DNA from: Bacilli bacterium
Lineage (GTDB): Bacteria; Bacillota_I; Bacilli_A; RFN20; CAG-826
NCBI GenBank assembly: GCA_017450325.1
Contig: JAFSVB010000087.1
Span: 8,407 to 72,406, forward strand
Length of the DNA stretch: 64,000 nucleotides
Reading direction: 5' to 3'
Shown: positions 20,480-29,841 of the stretch, piece after piece
Position numbering within the stretch: position 1 is the first letter of the stretch
Layout of the letters: each line of letters opens with the position of its first letter
The notes under the pieces: model-generated
The model's database searches: none
What the model was told of the DNA's origin: nothing
The model's input: the letters and a program-made list of their open reading frames with translations, nothing else
Made by a program: the position numbers and the translations under genes

Positions 20480-21700
20480 ATGAACTTCATCTTTGTATCC
20501 CCCAATTTCCCTACCCGTTACTTCAAGTGGGTGGAATCGCTTCGCTCCCGCGGCATCAATGTCCTTGGCATCGGAGACTCTCCTTATCAGGATTTGCACC
20601 CGCGGTTAACGGCGTCGTTAACGGAATACTATTACGTCAACGACATGTCCAACAACCAAGCGATGGAGCAGGCGGTCGCCTATTACCAGAACAAATATGG
20701 CAAGATCGACTTCATCGAATCCAACAATGAGTGGTGGCTCGAGGAGGACGCGCGCCTTCGCGCCCATTTCGGCGTGAATACGGGCTTCCATCCAGAGGAC
20801 ATGCTGCACATCAAGGCGAAGTCCCAGATGAAGGAATCCTTCAAGCGCGGTGGGGCGAAAACGATGCGTTACATCGTCGTCAAAGGCAAAGAAGACAAGG
20901 ACCGTGCGCTTGAATTCGTGAAAGAAGTCGGCTATCCCGTCTTTGTCAAACCCGATATCGGCGTCGGTGCGGGCGACTCTCATTCCATCAAAAACGCGGA
21001 GGCCATGGATGCGTTCTTCAAGAAAGAGCTCCCCGAGCCCTACATCATGGAAGAATTCGTCGACGGCCGCATCGTGTCGTTCGATGGTATCTGCGATTCC
21101 AAGGGTGAGGTGGCCTTCTGTTGCACCGACCATTTCCCCGTCCCCATCGACCGCGTGGTCAACGAAGGGCTCGACCATGTCTATTACAATGTCTCCTTCG
21201 CGCTTCCGATGATCGACGTCGATCCCGTCGAATTCGAGAAAGTCGGCCGCGCCGTCATCAAGGCCTTCGGCGTGAAGCAGCGCTGCTTCCATATCGAGTT
21301 CTTCGTCTTAAACGAAGATAAGCCAGGGTTAGGCAAAAAAGGCGATTTCGTCGCCTTGGAATGCAATATGCGCGCGCCGGGCGGATATACGCCAGACCTT
21401 ATGGACTATGGCTCCAGCGTCTCCATCTATGATGCTTACGCCGATATCATCGCCTATGATGAGATCCGCGTGAACCTCAATCTCCCGAAGTACTATGCCG
21501 TCGCTTCGCACCGCAAGGACTTGCTTACCTATAAACACACCGAGCAGCAGATCTATGAGAAATACGGCTCCCATATCAAAATGTCGGGCCGTTATCCCTC
21601 CCATATCGCCGCGGTCATGTGCGATTGGTACATCTTCGCGACCTTCGATACGTTCCAAGAGGCCGAAGAATTCGACCGTTTCGTGCGTTTAAAGCCTTAA
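20480..21700 (+). CDS. ATP-grasp domain enzyme of unknown specificity
   Basis: Central VFVKPDIGVGAGDSHSI...YIMEEFVDGRIVSFDGI...ALECNMRAPGG fits the ATP-grasp nucleotide-binding fold. Confidence 0.6.
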   Translation: MNFIFVSPNFPTRYFKWVESLRSRGINVLGIGDSPYQDLHPRLTASLTEYYYVNDMSNNQAMEQAVAYYQNKYGKIDFIESNNEWWLEEDARLRAHFGVNTGFHPEDMLHIKAKSQMKESFKRGGAKTMRYIVVKGKEDKDRALEFVKEVGYPVFVKPDIGVGAGDSHSIKNAEAMDAFFKKELPEPYIMEEFVDGRIVSFDGICDSKGEVAFCCTDHFPVPIDRVVNEGLDHVYYNVSFALPMIDVDPVEFEKVGRAVIKAFGVKQRCFHIEFFVLNEDKPGLGKKGDFVALECNMRAPGGYTPDLMDYGSSVSIYDAYADIIAYDEIRVNLNLPKYYAVASHRKDLLTYKHTEQQIYEKYGSHIKMSGRYPSHIAAVMCDWYIFATFDTFQEAEEFDRFVRLKP

Positions 21701-22563
21701 GCGTAATAGGATTCAATGAAGGACGCCGCATCGTCGGCGTCTTTTTCTATGTCATAGGAAGCGGTGACCTTGCCACCGTTTATTCTCGCGAGGTTCTTCC
21801 CTTGCCCAAAGAAAGCGAGGAAGGATTCTTTGTCGCTATCGGAGGTTTCCTCGAGGCGAATGCGCGCGGTATGCAGCGGCTTATGGATGGCGCGCGGATA
21901 GATGGACGAGGAGAAATGGCCATCGCCGTCATCAAGGGCGGCGAGGCAGTCCTTTTCCGCGATGAAGGACGAGAATTCCGCATAGTTCGTGAATTCATAA
22001 ATATAGGTCAGGTTCATCAGCGATTTTAGAAAATCATCAAGGTTTTGCAGGGATTCTCGCTGTTCTTGGAAAGAGACGGGATAGGCGTGCTCGGCGTCGC
22101 GGAGGATGAACATCGTCGGGGTGTAATAAGTTTTGGTGAAGACGTTGCTTAACGCGGGATAGACATCGGGGATGCGGTTGAGCTCCGCTAGGACCGCTTG
22201 GCGGGTTTCCGAAGTGAAGTAGAAGCCCTCCACATAAATGCCTGAGGTTAGGAAAAAATGAGTGAGGTCATCGTGGGCTGCGCTGCAGGAGGCACAGCCT
22301 TCCGCGTGGAGGAAAAGAAGCGATGCCTCGCCTTGCTTAATATGACGGTCGATCGCGTCGAAACTCCCTTCATGGGTAATCTTCTCGTAGGGATAGCTCA
22401 GGCCGTTCTTCGTATAGTTATCGCCGTTTCGGGTCAAATAGACGGATTCTCCATCGTCTTGGAAAGGGAAAAGGCTTTCGTCGATGTGGGCCTTTGGGGC
22501 GCCGCCACACGCGAACAGGGAAATTGATAGAAGCGACAGTCCGAGACGAAAGCAAGTTTTCAT
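21697..22563 (-). CDS. Lipoprotein with thioredoxin-like CxxC domain
   Basis: Signal peptide with lipobox LFAC (MKTCFRLGLSLLSISLFAC) and LFLHAEGCASCSAAHD (CxxC). Start taken at MKTCF. Stop overlaps the ATP-grasp stop. Confidence 0.6.
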   Translation of the reverse strand: MKTCFRLGLSLLSISLFACGGAPKAHIDESLFPFQDDGESVYLTRNGDNYTKNGLSYPYEKITHEGSFDAIDRHIKQGEASLLFLHAEGCASCSAAHDDLTHFFLTSGIYVEGFYFTSETRQAVLAELNRIPDVYPALSNVFTKTYYTPTMFILRDAEHAYPVSFQEQRESLQNLDDFLKSLMNLTYIYEFTNYAEFSSFIAEKDCLAALDDGDGHFSSSIYPRAIHKPLHTARIRLEETSDSDKESFLAFFGQGKNLARINGGKVTASYDIEKDADDAASFIESYYA

Positions 22564-23450
22564 AGGTGGCCCTCCATGCAATAGGCTTCAAAGGCGAGAA
22601 GGAAGTGGCGCTTGCGCTTCAAAGCGGTCTCCGCAAGATGTGGCATTTTGGAGTAGCGGTTCATCGCCATGCCCCAATAGAACCAGAATGCGTCGAGGAA
22701 AAGAATCAACGCAGTCAGATCTTCAAAAGTATAAGCGCGCTTGCCATTGCGCAGATCGTTAAAGCGTACCAAGCACGCGCGGCTAAGCGACGTGTCGAAT
22801 TCGTTTTCCTCGCATAATGACGCTATATCAAGTAGCGGCGTGGAAGCGCCGCAAAAGCGGAGGTCGACGAATTGCGCCGTATCCTCGACGATGAGGATAT
22901 TGGATACGTGGAGGTGGCGGTGGGCGAAGACGGGCTCCTCGGCGTCGATGAGCTTCGCCGTCGCGTCGACGATGGAACGCTCGAACCCTTCCGGCAAGGC
23001 CTCGCCTGAGATTTTCTTATATTTATAGAAGCGCTCGATTAGGTCGCTTTTACGGTCCGAGATCGAGATACCTTGCATGGCGAGGATGGAACTTAGAACG
23101 CGGAAGGCCTCGGATTTGGTTTTCTCAAAGCCTCCTTCGGCAAATCGAGGATGCACGGGTCCGTAATAAAGCTCGATTTTATTGCCACGCCGATCATAGA
23201 CAAATAGAGGCGGGAAGGGGTAGGGGCGCTTGGTAAGGTAGTCGTGGAAGACGAAGTGGCCTTCTCCGCGTTGCCCGGGATAGAAAGGATCCCCCGCCCG
23301 AGGACGGTACATCCGGACGATATACGTGGAATTGACGAGATAAATACCGTGCTCGTGTTCCTTCTCATCGATGGGGCGAATGGTAAAAACCTTCTGCTCC
23401 GCTTTGTTTTCAAAGAACTTAAGCGCGGCGGTCATCTCATCCATGGACAC
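22560..23450 (-). CDS. Phosphotransferase (APH/ChoK-like kinase fold) protein, possibly a pseudokinase
   Basis: The catalytic-loop-like HRHLHVSNILIV has His where the catalytic Asp is expected. A DFG-like VDLRF follows. Overlaps the downstream lipoprotein gene by 4 nt. Confidence 0.55.
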   Translation of the reverse strand: MSMDEMTAALKFFENKAEQKVFTIRPIDEKEHEHGIYLVNSTYIVRMYRPRAGDPFYPGQRGEGHFVFHDYLTKRPYPFPPLFVYDRRGNKIELYYGPVHPRFAEGGFEKTKSEAFRVLSSILAMQGISISDRKSDLIERFYKYKKISGEALPEGFERSIVDATAKLIDAEEPVFAHRHLHVSNILIVEDTAQFVDLRFCGASTPLLDIASLCEENEFDTSLSRACLVRFNDLRNGKRAYTFEDLTALILFLDAFWFYWGMAMNRYSKMPHLAETALKRKRHFLLAFEAYCMEGHL

Positions 23451-24843
23451 CCCTTTCTAAGGCATCCTCGTAGGCCTTAAGCGCGCTTTCGGAAATGTTG
23501 CGGATCATCGCGGAACGGTAATTGCCTAAGATGACTTGACCAGGCACGCTTCCGCGGCGGATGTTGCGATGCTCCGTGTATTGCACCTCGCCATCGAGTC
23601 GTTCCGAGGCCAATAGGGCAATCATGCAGGCGAACTCGATTTCTGGATCGGACGGGTTTTCTTTGGGAAGAATTACATGGGCACCCGCAGCGTCTTTGGC
23701 GTGGAACCAAAGGAAGGAAGGCTTGGTCGCATAAAGGAATGACAGGAAGTCATTTTGCTTCGCGCTTTTGCCAAAATACACGTAAAACCCCGCTCCTTTT
23801 GCGATGTAGGGCAATGGTCCACGCGCTTTTTGTGGGGCTTGTTTACCCTTGGGCATATGCTTTTTCTTCCCATCTTTTCCTTCAAACAGACGGGTGAGGG
23901 CTTCTTCGTCGCAGGAGGAAGCGAATTCTTTTAGCTCCAATGCCTCAGCGAGCTCACGCTTAGCTTTTGCGAGGTTCTCCTCTCCAAGAGCGACGGCGTT
24001 TTTGGCTTTCTTCGCTCTGCGGAAGAATTCCAAGGCATTTTCTTGCGGGCTCTTCAACGGGTCGAGGGCGACGCGGGTTCCATAATAGTCAAAAGAAGCG
24101 TCTCCTGTTTTAAACTGCTCGGGATAGGTGTAGATGTAGTTGCCATATTCTGCGTCGCCAAGATGGGCCATCCCCTTTTGGATGTCCGCCTCGATCTGGG
24201 CGATCTTGCGCTTGCAGGATTTGATTTTGGCATTCAAATCGCGGAAGAACCCTTGGAAGACGACGTCTTTGCGGCGCGACTGAAGTTTCTCTTCCAAGCC
24301 ATGGCAGGACTCGAAGTAGGCGGCGACGTCAAAAGGCTTGGCCTCATCCGAATATTCCCCTTTCTTCAAAGGAGGCTCATAGAGGATTCCATGGAAAATA
24401 GGACGGGGGTCAAGGATATTGTTCGGGCGGAAGGCATAGAGGATCTTCCCTTGCTGATCCAATAGAGCCATGTTTGCCTTCGTCGGGATGAGTTCCAAGA
24501 CAAGGCTAAGCGGGTCAGGTTCGAAGATATCGTTGACGGCGATGAAGTCCAAAGCGAGGACGCGGTCCTCGTTTACTTGGCGTGCTCCCACGAATTCCGC
24601 TCCGGATAGGCGCTTCCGAAATAAGGCGGATGCCGGGGTGGAAAGCGAGGTCTTCCCCGCTTCGTCCCCGCCGAGGAACAGCGTTGGGCTTTGATTGTCC
24701 AAGACGATGGCGACCCTCCCCGCTCGCCCCAAGCGGAACGAGAAAACGTCCTTGCTATACTGCAGGATCTTGCCGACGCGCTCGCCTTTATAACGGGTGA
24801 GATAGTCCGCGATGCATTGGATTTGGTAGGCCTTCAAGGACAT
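23437..24843 (-). CDS. rqcH: RqcH/FbpA (NFACT) family ribosome-quality-control protein
   Basis: NFACT-N region with a DR motif (VNEDRVLALDF) and the NFACT-R/DUF814 segment GFYVYFGKSAKQNDFL...HAKDAAGAHVIL. Start set at MSLKAYQ; the longer ORF-track N-terminus looks spurious. Confidence 0.7.
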   Translation of the reverse strand: MSLKAYQIQCIADYLTRYKGERVGKILQYSKDVFSFRLGRAGRVAIVLDNQSPTLFLGGDEAGKTSLSTPASALFRKRLSGAEFVGARQVNEDRVLALDFIAVNDIFEPDPLSLVLELIPTKANMALLDQQGKILYAFRPNNILDPRPIFHGILYEPPLKKGEYSDEAKPFDVAAYFESCHGLEEKLQSRRKDVVFQGFFRDLNAKIKSCKRKIAQIEADIQKGMAHLGDAEYGNYIYTYPEQFKTGDASFDYYGTRVALDPLKSPQENALEFFRRAKKAKNAVALGEENLAKAKRELAEALELKEFASSCDEEALTRLFEGKDGKKKHMPKGKQAPQKARGPLPYIAKGAGFYVYFGKSAKQNDFLSFLYATKPSFLWFHAKDAAGAHVILPKENPSDPEIEFACMIALLASERLDGEVQYTEHRNIRRGSVPGQVILGNYRSAMIRNISESALKAYEDALERGVHG

Positions 24844-25095
24844 GCAGGTATTATACCTTTGCGCGAGCGTGTCAGGTAGCGTAAGCCCATATCGCGACCG
24901 ATGAATCCCATGGAAGAAGCGCCAAAAAGCGGAGGGCAAGTCTTTGAAAAAGACGCAAGCTAAGCGCGATGCCCAATGCGCGAAGAGGCGAGAAATCTCC
25001 GCAAAACGCCGCCCAAAGTTTGCATGAGTTATAAATCGACAAAATCTCTCTACGAGATGATTGAAATCGAGACGGCCTTTCACTATGATTTTTCC

Positions 25096-25659
25096 ATGGA
25101 AAAAGGCACGTTGATCATCCTCTCTGGTCCTTCCGGCGTCGGCAAGGGCACAGTTCGCAAAATCCTCGAGAATCTCGAAGGCATGTCCTTTTATTTCTCC
25201 GTCTCCATGACGACGCGTGCCCCGCGTCCTGGCGAAGTGCCGGGCAAGGACTATATTTATGTCAGCAAAGAGGAGTTCGACCGTTATATCGAGAAAGGCA
25301 ACTTCTTAGAGTGGGCGGAATTCGTGGGCAATCGCTATGGCACCCCACGCGATATCGCCGAGTCCTATTTGAACAAAGGCGTCGACGTCCTTCTTGAAAT
25401 CGAGACCAAAGGCGCCAAGCAAGTCATCGCCAAATGTCCGGATGCCTTGTCAATTTTCCTCGTCCCGCCGAGCATGGACGCCTTGGAGGCTCGCATTCGC
25501 GGACGCTCCACCGAAGATGAGGAGACCATCCGCCGCCGCCTCGACCGGGCTCGTTCCGAGCTCGAGCTCGCCTCGCAATATAAGCGCGTTGTCGTCAATG
25601 ACGATGCCGAGCGCGCCGCAAAGGAAATTCGCGACATCATCCTCTCGTCCCATCATTGA
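25096..25659 (+). CDS. gmk: Guanylate kinase
   Basis: MEKGTLIILSGPSGVGKGTV aligns with the B. subtilis Gmk N-terminus. The earlier in-frame ATGs lack an RBS. Confidence 0.85.
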   Translation: MEKGTLIILSGPSGVGKGTVRKILENLEGMSFYFSVSMTTRAPRPGEVPGKDYIYVSKEEFDRYIEKGNFLEWAEFVGNRYGTPRDIAESYLNKGVDVLLEIETKGAKQVIAKCPDALSIFLVPPSMDALEARIRGRSTEDEETIRRRLDRARSELELASQYKRVVVNDDAERAAKEIRDIILSSHH

Positions 25660-25688
25660 TCGTCCGCCTTTTTGCTATACTTTGGACG

Positions 25689-27887
25689 ATGCAAGTACTC
25701 TCGGTTCTCATCCAGCATTCCAAAACCTCCCTCGACAGGAGTTTTTCATATCTATATGACGGTCCTTGCAAAGTAAAGCCAGGATGTCGCGTAGTGGTGG
25801 ACTTCCACCACCAGCTCATCATGGGCTATGTCGACGCGGTGAGCGAAACGACGCTTTCGCGTGAGGAGTTCTCGCGCCTCAACGGCTTCGAGACCCATTA
25901 TATCGCTTCGCTCGTCGACCAAGAGCCGTTGTTGAATCCGGAACTCGAGCAGCTTTGCGCCGAAGTGGCGGATTATTACCTCGCCCCGAAGATTTCGGTC
26001 TTGCAGGCGATGCTGCCGCCTTCCTTAAAGCCCTCCGTCTCTTCCCTTCATGGGCCGAAAATCGCTTACGAAGATTGGGTGGAGATCCTCGACGAGGACG
26101 AAGAAGGGCTCACCGACAAGCAAAAAGAAGCCCTGCGATTAGTCGCCGCGAATAAAACGTGCCTCAAAAAAGAAGCGGGAACGCCTGCGATTGTCTCCGC
26201 GCTTTTCCGCAAGGGCAAAATCCGCATTTTCAAGAAAGAAAAGGCCCGCTTCATCATTCCAGAATACGAAAAGGAAAAGAAGCCACGCGAGCTTACCCTC
26301 GCCCAGATGAAGGCGACGAAGACCATCCTTCAAAGCGTGAAGAACGTCATTCTTTTGCAAGGGGTTACCGGTTCGGGAAAGACGGAAGTCTACCTCAAAC
26401 TCAGCGAGGAATACCTAAGCCAAGGCAAGAATATCCTCATGCTCGTCCCCGAAATCTCGCTCACCCCGATCATGGTCGAGTATTTTTCGCGCCGATTCGA
26501 AGGCAACGTCGCCATCTTGCATAGCGAGCTCACCCCCGCGGAGAAATACGACGAATACCGCCGCATCGCCCGTGGCGAGGCCAGGGTCGTCGTCGGCGCC
26601 CGAAGCGCCGTCTTCGCGCCCTTGGAGAACATCGGCCTCATCATCCTCGACGAGGAGCATGTGGAATCCTATAAGCAAGATGGCCTTCCCTATTACCATG
26701 CTCGCGAAGTGGCCATCATGCGCGCCGCCCATTTCGGGGCGAAGGTCGTCCTAGGCTCGGCCACCCCTTCCTTCGAGACCAAGGCTCGAGCGATGCGCGG
26801 GGTCTATGACTATGCCGAGCTTTCCGAGCGCATCAACCGCCGCCCCTTGCCCAATACCCACATCATCGACTTGCGCAACCGCGCAATCATGATGCCGAAC
26901 GACCGCGTCTTCTCGAAAACGCTGATCGAGGCTATCAAAAAGCGCCTCGACGCCAAGGAACAAGTCATCCTGCTTTTGAACCGCCGCGGCTATAGCTCCT
27001 ATGTCACTTGCGCCGATTGCGGGCATATCCTCACCTGTCCGAATTGCCATGCGAACCTGACGTATCACCGCGAGGACGAGCTGCTGAAATGCCATCATTG
27101 CGGCTATGTCGAAACCTACCCGGAAACATGCCCCGAATGCGGGTCGGCCAAGATCATGCGCGTCGGGTTCGGTACGGAAAGAATCGTCAAGGTTTTGCAG
27201 GAATATTTGCCTTCTGCGCGTATTGGACGCCTCGATGGGGACGTGGGGAAGGTACGCAAAAAAGTCGCATCGACTTTGGCGGAATTCCGCAACCAAGAAT
27301 ACGACATCCTCGTGGGCACGCAGATGATTGCGAAGGGCCATGATTTTCCTAACGTCACCCTCGTTGGCCTCGTTCTCGCCGACATCGGGCTATCCCTCCC
27401 GAGCTTTCGGGCGACCGAGAGCACGTTCGAGCTCATCACCCAAGCGGTCGGCCGTAGCGGCAGGGGAGAGAAAGTGGGGGATGCCCTCATCCAATCCTAT
27501 AACCCGTTCCACTACGCCGTGACCCTAGGGGCGAAGCAGGATTACGAGCGGTTCTATGCTCGAGAGATGCAACAACGGAAGCTCACCAAATTCCCGCCCT
27601 ATTATTTTTTGGTCGCCCTCCATTTCTCTTCCAAGGATGAGCAGCGGTGCATCCGCGTCGCCGTGGAGATCAAGGAGAGCCTCGAGGCGCGCTTTGGCGA
27701 GGAGATACTCTGCCTTGGCCCCGTCGTGCCTTATTACGCGATCGTTGGCGACCGCCATAAGCGGTGCCTGCTCATCAAGACGAAAACGCCCACCAAGGTC
27801 AAGCCATTCCTCGGCTCGCTCGTCCGCGCCGTCTCGGGAAAGGGCGGAATCGATATCGAATGTGACGTGGACCCCCTCGATTACTAA
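25689..27887 (+). CDS. priA: Primosomal protein N' (replication restart helicase)
   Basis: Walker A GVTGSGKTEVY, DEEH box and a Cys4-Cys4 zinc region (CADCGHILTCPNCHANLTYH...CHHCGY...CPECGS). Confidence 0.9.
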   Translation: MQVLSVLIQHSKTSLDRSFSYLYDGPCKVKPGCRVVVDFHHQLIMGYVDAVSETTLSREEFSRLNGFETHYIASLVDQEPLLNPELEQLCAEVADYYLAPKISVLQAMLPPSLKPSVSSLHGPKIAYEDWVEILDEDEEGLTDKQKEALRLVAANKTCLKKEAGTPAIVSALFRKGKIRIFKKEKARFIIPEYEKEKKPRELTLAQMKATKTILQSVKNVILLQGVTGSGKTEVYLKLSEEYLSQGKNILMLVPEISLTPIMVEYFSRRFEGNVAILHSELTPAEKYDEYRRIARGEARVVVGARSAVFAPLENIGLIILDEEHVESYKQDGLPYYHAREVAIMRAAHFGAKVVLGSATPSFETKARAMRGVYDYAELSERINRRPLPNTHIIDLRNRAIMMPNDRVFSKTLIEAIKKRLDAKEQVILLLNRRGYSSYVTCADCGHILTCPNCHANLTYHREDELLKCHHCGYVETYPETCPECGSAKIMRVGFGTERIVKVLQEYLPSARIGRLDGDVGKVRKKVASTLAEFRNQEYDILVGTQMIAKGHDFPNVTLVGLVLADIGLSLPSFRATESTFELITQAVGRSGRGEKVGDALIQSYNPFHYAVTLGAKQDYERFYAREMQQRKLTKFPPYYFLVALHFSSKDEQRCIRVAVEIKESLEARFGEEILCLGPVVPYYAIVGDRHKRCLLIKTKTPTKVKPFLGSLVRAVSGKGGIDIECDVDPLDY

Positions 27888-27932
27888 TAAACGCTGTGAT
27901 AGAATATCACACGTTTGAGAGGTCCGACGCCA

Positions 27933-28493
27933 ATGATAACCATCCAAGTCTTAGGTCTCGACCAGTTTGTGGTCGGCCGGTATTCGAGGGAAAACAGCGG
28001 AAATGTCGCGCAGATTTTCGAGTGCGACGAAGCGGATATTTCTTTTTACGCGCCTAACGCGATGATGTTCCATAACGGGGTCGAGCAGACCAGTTGGAAC
28101 ACGCTCGTCGTCGTCCTTGCGCCAAAGAAATACCAAGCCGTGGAATCCGCAGCAGCCGATTTCTTAATGAAATCCCTGTCCTTCTTCTCGATAAACGTGG
28201 AAGTAGTCTTCCAATATTTCGAGGAATCGTCACACTATAGTCTTGTCAACAAGGAATACCCCCGTTTCATCACCACGGATGAAATTCGCGACGACTCCGC
28301 GAGCATGGAATTCGGCGATGTGCCCGAATTCATGGAAGGCGAGGAGGACCTTGCGGAACAGCAGGAGGAAGAAGAGAACTGCGATTGTGGCCATCACCAT
28401 CATGACCACGAAGAAGAAGCGGACATCTATCTCGGCGATGCCTTCGAGGGATTCGAAGAACGCTATGAGGAAAGCCGCAAAAAGAAGAATTAG
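27933..28493 (+). CDS. Hypothetical protein with acidic His-rich C-terminal tail (CDCGHHHHDHEEE)
   Basis: RBS GAGAGG upstream of MITIQVLG. It sits where def/fmt lie in other Firmicutes. No recognised catalytic motif. Confidence 0.5.
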   Translation: MITIQVLGLDQFVVGRYSRENSGNVAQIFECDEADISFYAPNAMMFHNGVEQTSWNTLVVVLAPKKYQAVESAAADFLMKSLSFFSINVEVVFQYFEESSHYSLVNKEYPRFITTDEIRDDSASMEFGDVPEFMEGEEDLAEQQEEEENCDCGHHHHDHEEEADIYLGDAFEGFEERYEESRKKKN

Positions 28494-28506
28494 GAGACAA
28501 CCTACG

Positions 28507-29841
28507 ATGAAAGAAGAATTTGAATTATCCCTTGACATCCTCAACGATGTCCTGGACCAGAAAACCACCTTTGCGGAAGCCCTTCGCAAAAAGTTCCAAG
28601 CGGACGTGAAGATCCGCCCGATGCGCGGCCTCGTCGCCGGGCTAGTCGGCTGCGAGCTTCGCCACCAGATTTACTTCGAATACATCTCCCGCGAACTCAA
28701 GGATTTCGAGCCCGCCGATAAGCGCTTGCTTTGGCTCGCTTTGGCCAATGCCTTCTTCTATCGTCGCTTCGACGTGGCGGAAACCCGTTCCTACCTCCTC
28801 GAGAAGATCGGGCAGGAAAAATACGATCAGACGTCCTCCTTCTTCGAACTTGCCGAGACGCCCGAGAACTACATTCCCGCTTCCGTCGACCGCAAGAGCC
28901 CCCTTTATCTCTCCCTTCGTTTCAACGTCCCTGAGTGGATGGTAAAGATCCTCAATCACTTCGGCGGCGGCGCGACGTATCAATCCCTACGCAAATTCGC
29001 CCGTCCGGCCGTAACCACCTTGCGCGTTCGCACTTCGGTCCTTCCATTAAAGACCGTCTTTGAGAACCAAGATTACAGCGCCGCCCCCGTGGATGGCATG
29101 GTCTTCTATAAAGGCAGCACCCCGCTTCGCCGCCTCCCCGAATTCCGCAAAGGCCACGTCTTTGCCGAAAAGCTCCTCACCAAGAAGCTCCTCGACGACC
29201 ACGCCATCGCCGAACCGGGAGAAGTGCTCCTATATAATGGCAACGCGGACTGCTCCCTCGAGCTCGAGCTCATTGAGTCCTATGGTGACCGCGTCGGCAT
29301 GAACATCGCCGTTCCCAACGTCGACGAGAAAGTCGAAGTCACCAAGCTCATCAAGGAGAAAGGACTCCATAACGTCAATTTCTTCTCCGCGGCGGATCCC
29401 ATCTCGATGGAAGCTTCCATCTCCCGCCCCCAGGCGCTTGTCATCGCTTCGCCTAATTCCACCAATTTCGATTTGATTCCCAACTCCCCGGACTACTTGC
29501 TCCACTTCGATACCCAAAAGATGGACGAGATCATCGCTGGCGAACGCGCCACGTTAGAAGGCGCGGCCAAATACGTCGAGGAAGGCGGAACCTTGCTCTA
29601 CGTCGTCTATACCATCTCCCGCAAAGAAGGGCGCCAAACCATCGGCGAATTCCTCAAAGCCCATCCGGAATTCACCTTGGTTTCCGAGAAGCAGCACTTC
29701 CCGTTTGAGGAACTTGAGACCGCCGCTTATGTCGCCGAGCTTCGCAAGGGCGAGAAGGAACTCACCATTCCCCCAGCCTTAGCGGACCTCGCCGCCGTCG
29801 CTCCCGCCTCCACCGGAACCGCCACCGCCACCGCAAAATGA
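28507..29841 (+). CDS. rsmB: RsmB/Sun-like protein (NusB-like N-domain plus degenerate m5C methyltransferase domain)
   Basis: RBS AGGAG lies before MKEEFELSLDIL. It aligns with RsmB motifs, but the SAM loop is LLYNGNADCS, motif IV is ASPNSTNF (consensus DAPCSGTG) and motif VI is VYTIS (consensus YSTCS). Confidence 0.7.
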   Translation: MKEEFELSLDILNDVLDQKTTFAEALRKKFQADVKIRPMRGLVAGLVGCELRHQIYFEYISRELKDFEPADKRLLWLALANAFFYRRFDVAETRSYLLEKIGQEKYDQTSSFFELAETPENYIPASVDRKSPLYLSLRFNVPEWMVKILNHFGGGATYQSLRKFARPAVTTLRVRTSVLPLKTVFENQDYSAAPVDGMVFYKGSTPLRRLPEFRKGHVFAEKLLTKKLLDDHAIAEPGEVLLYNGNADCSLELELIESYGDRVGMNIAVPNVDEKVEVTKLIKEKGLHNVNFFSAADPISMEASISRPQALVIASPNSTNFDLIPNSPDYLLHFDTQKMDEIIAGERATLEGAAKYVEEGGTLLYVVYTISRKEGRQTIGEFLKAHPEFTLVSEKQHFPFEELETAAYVAELRKGEKELTIPPALADLAAVAPASTGTATATAK

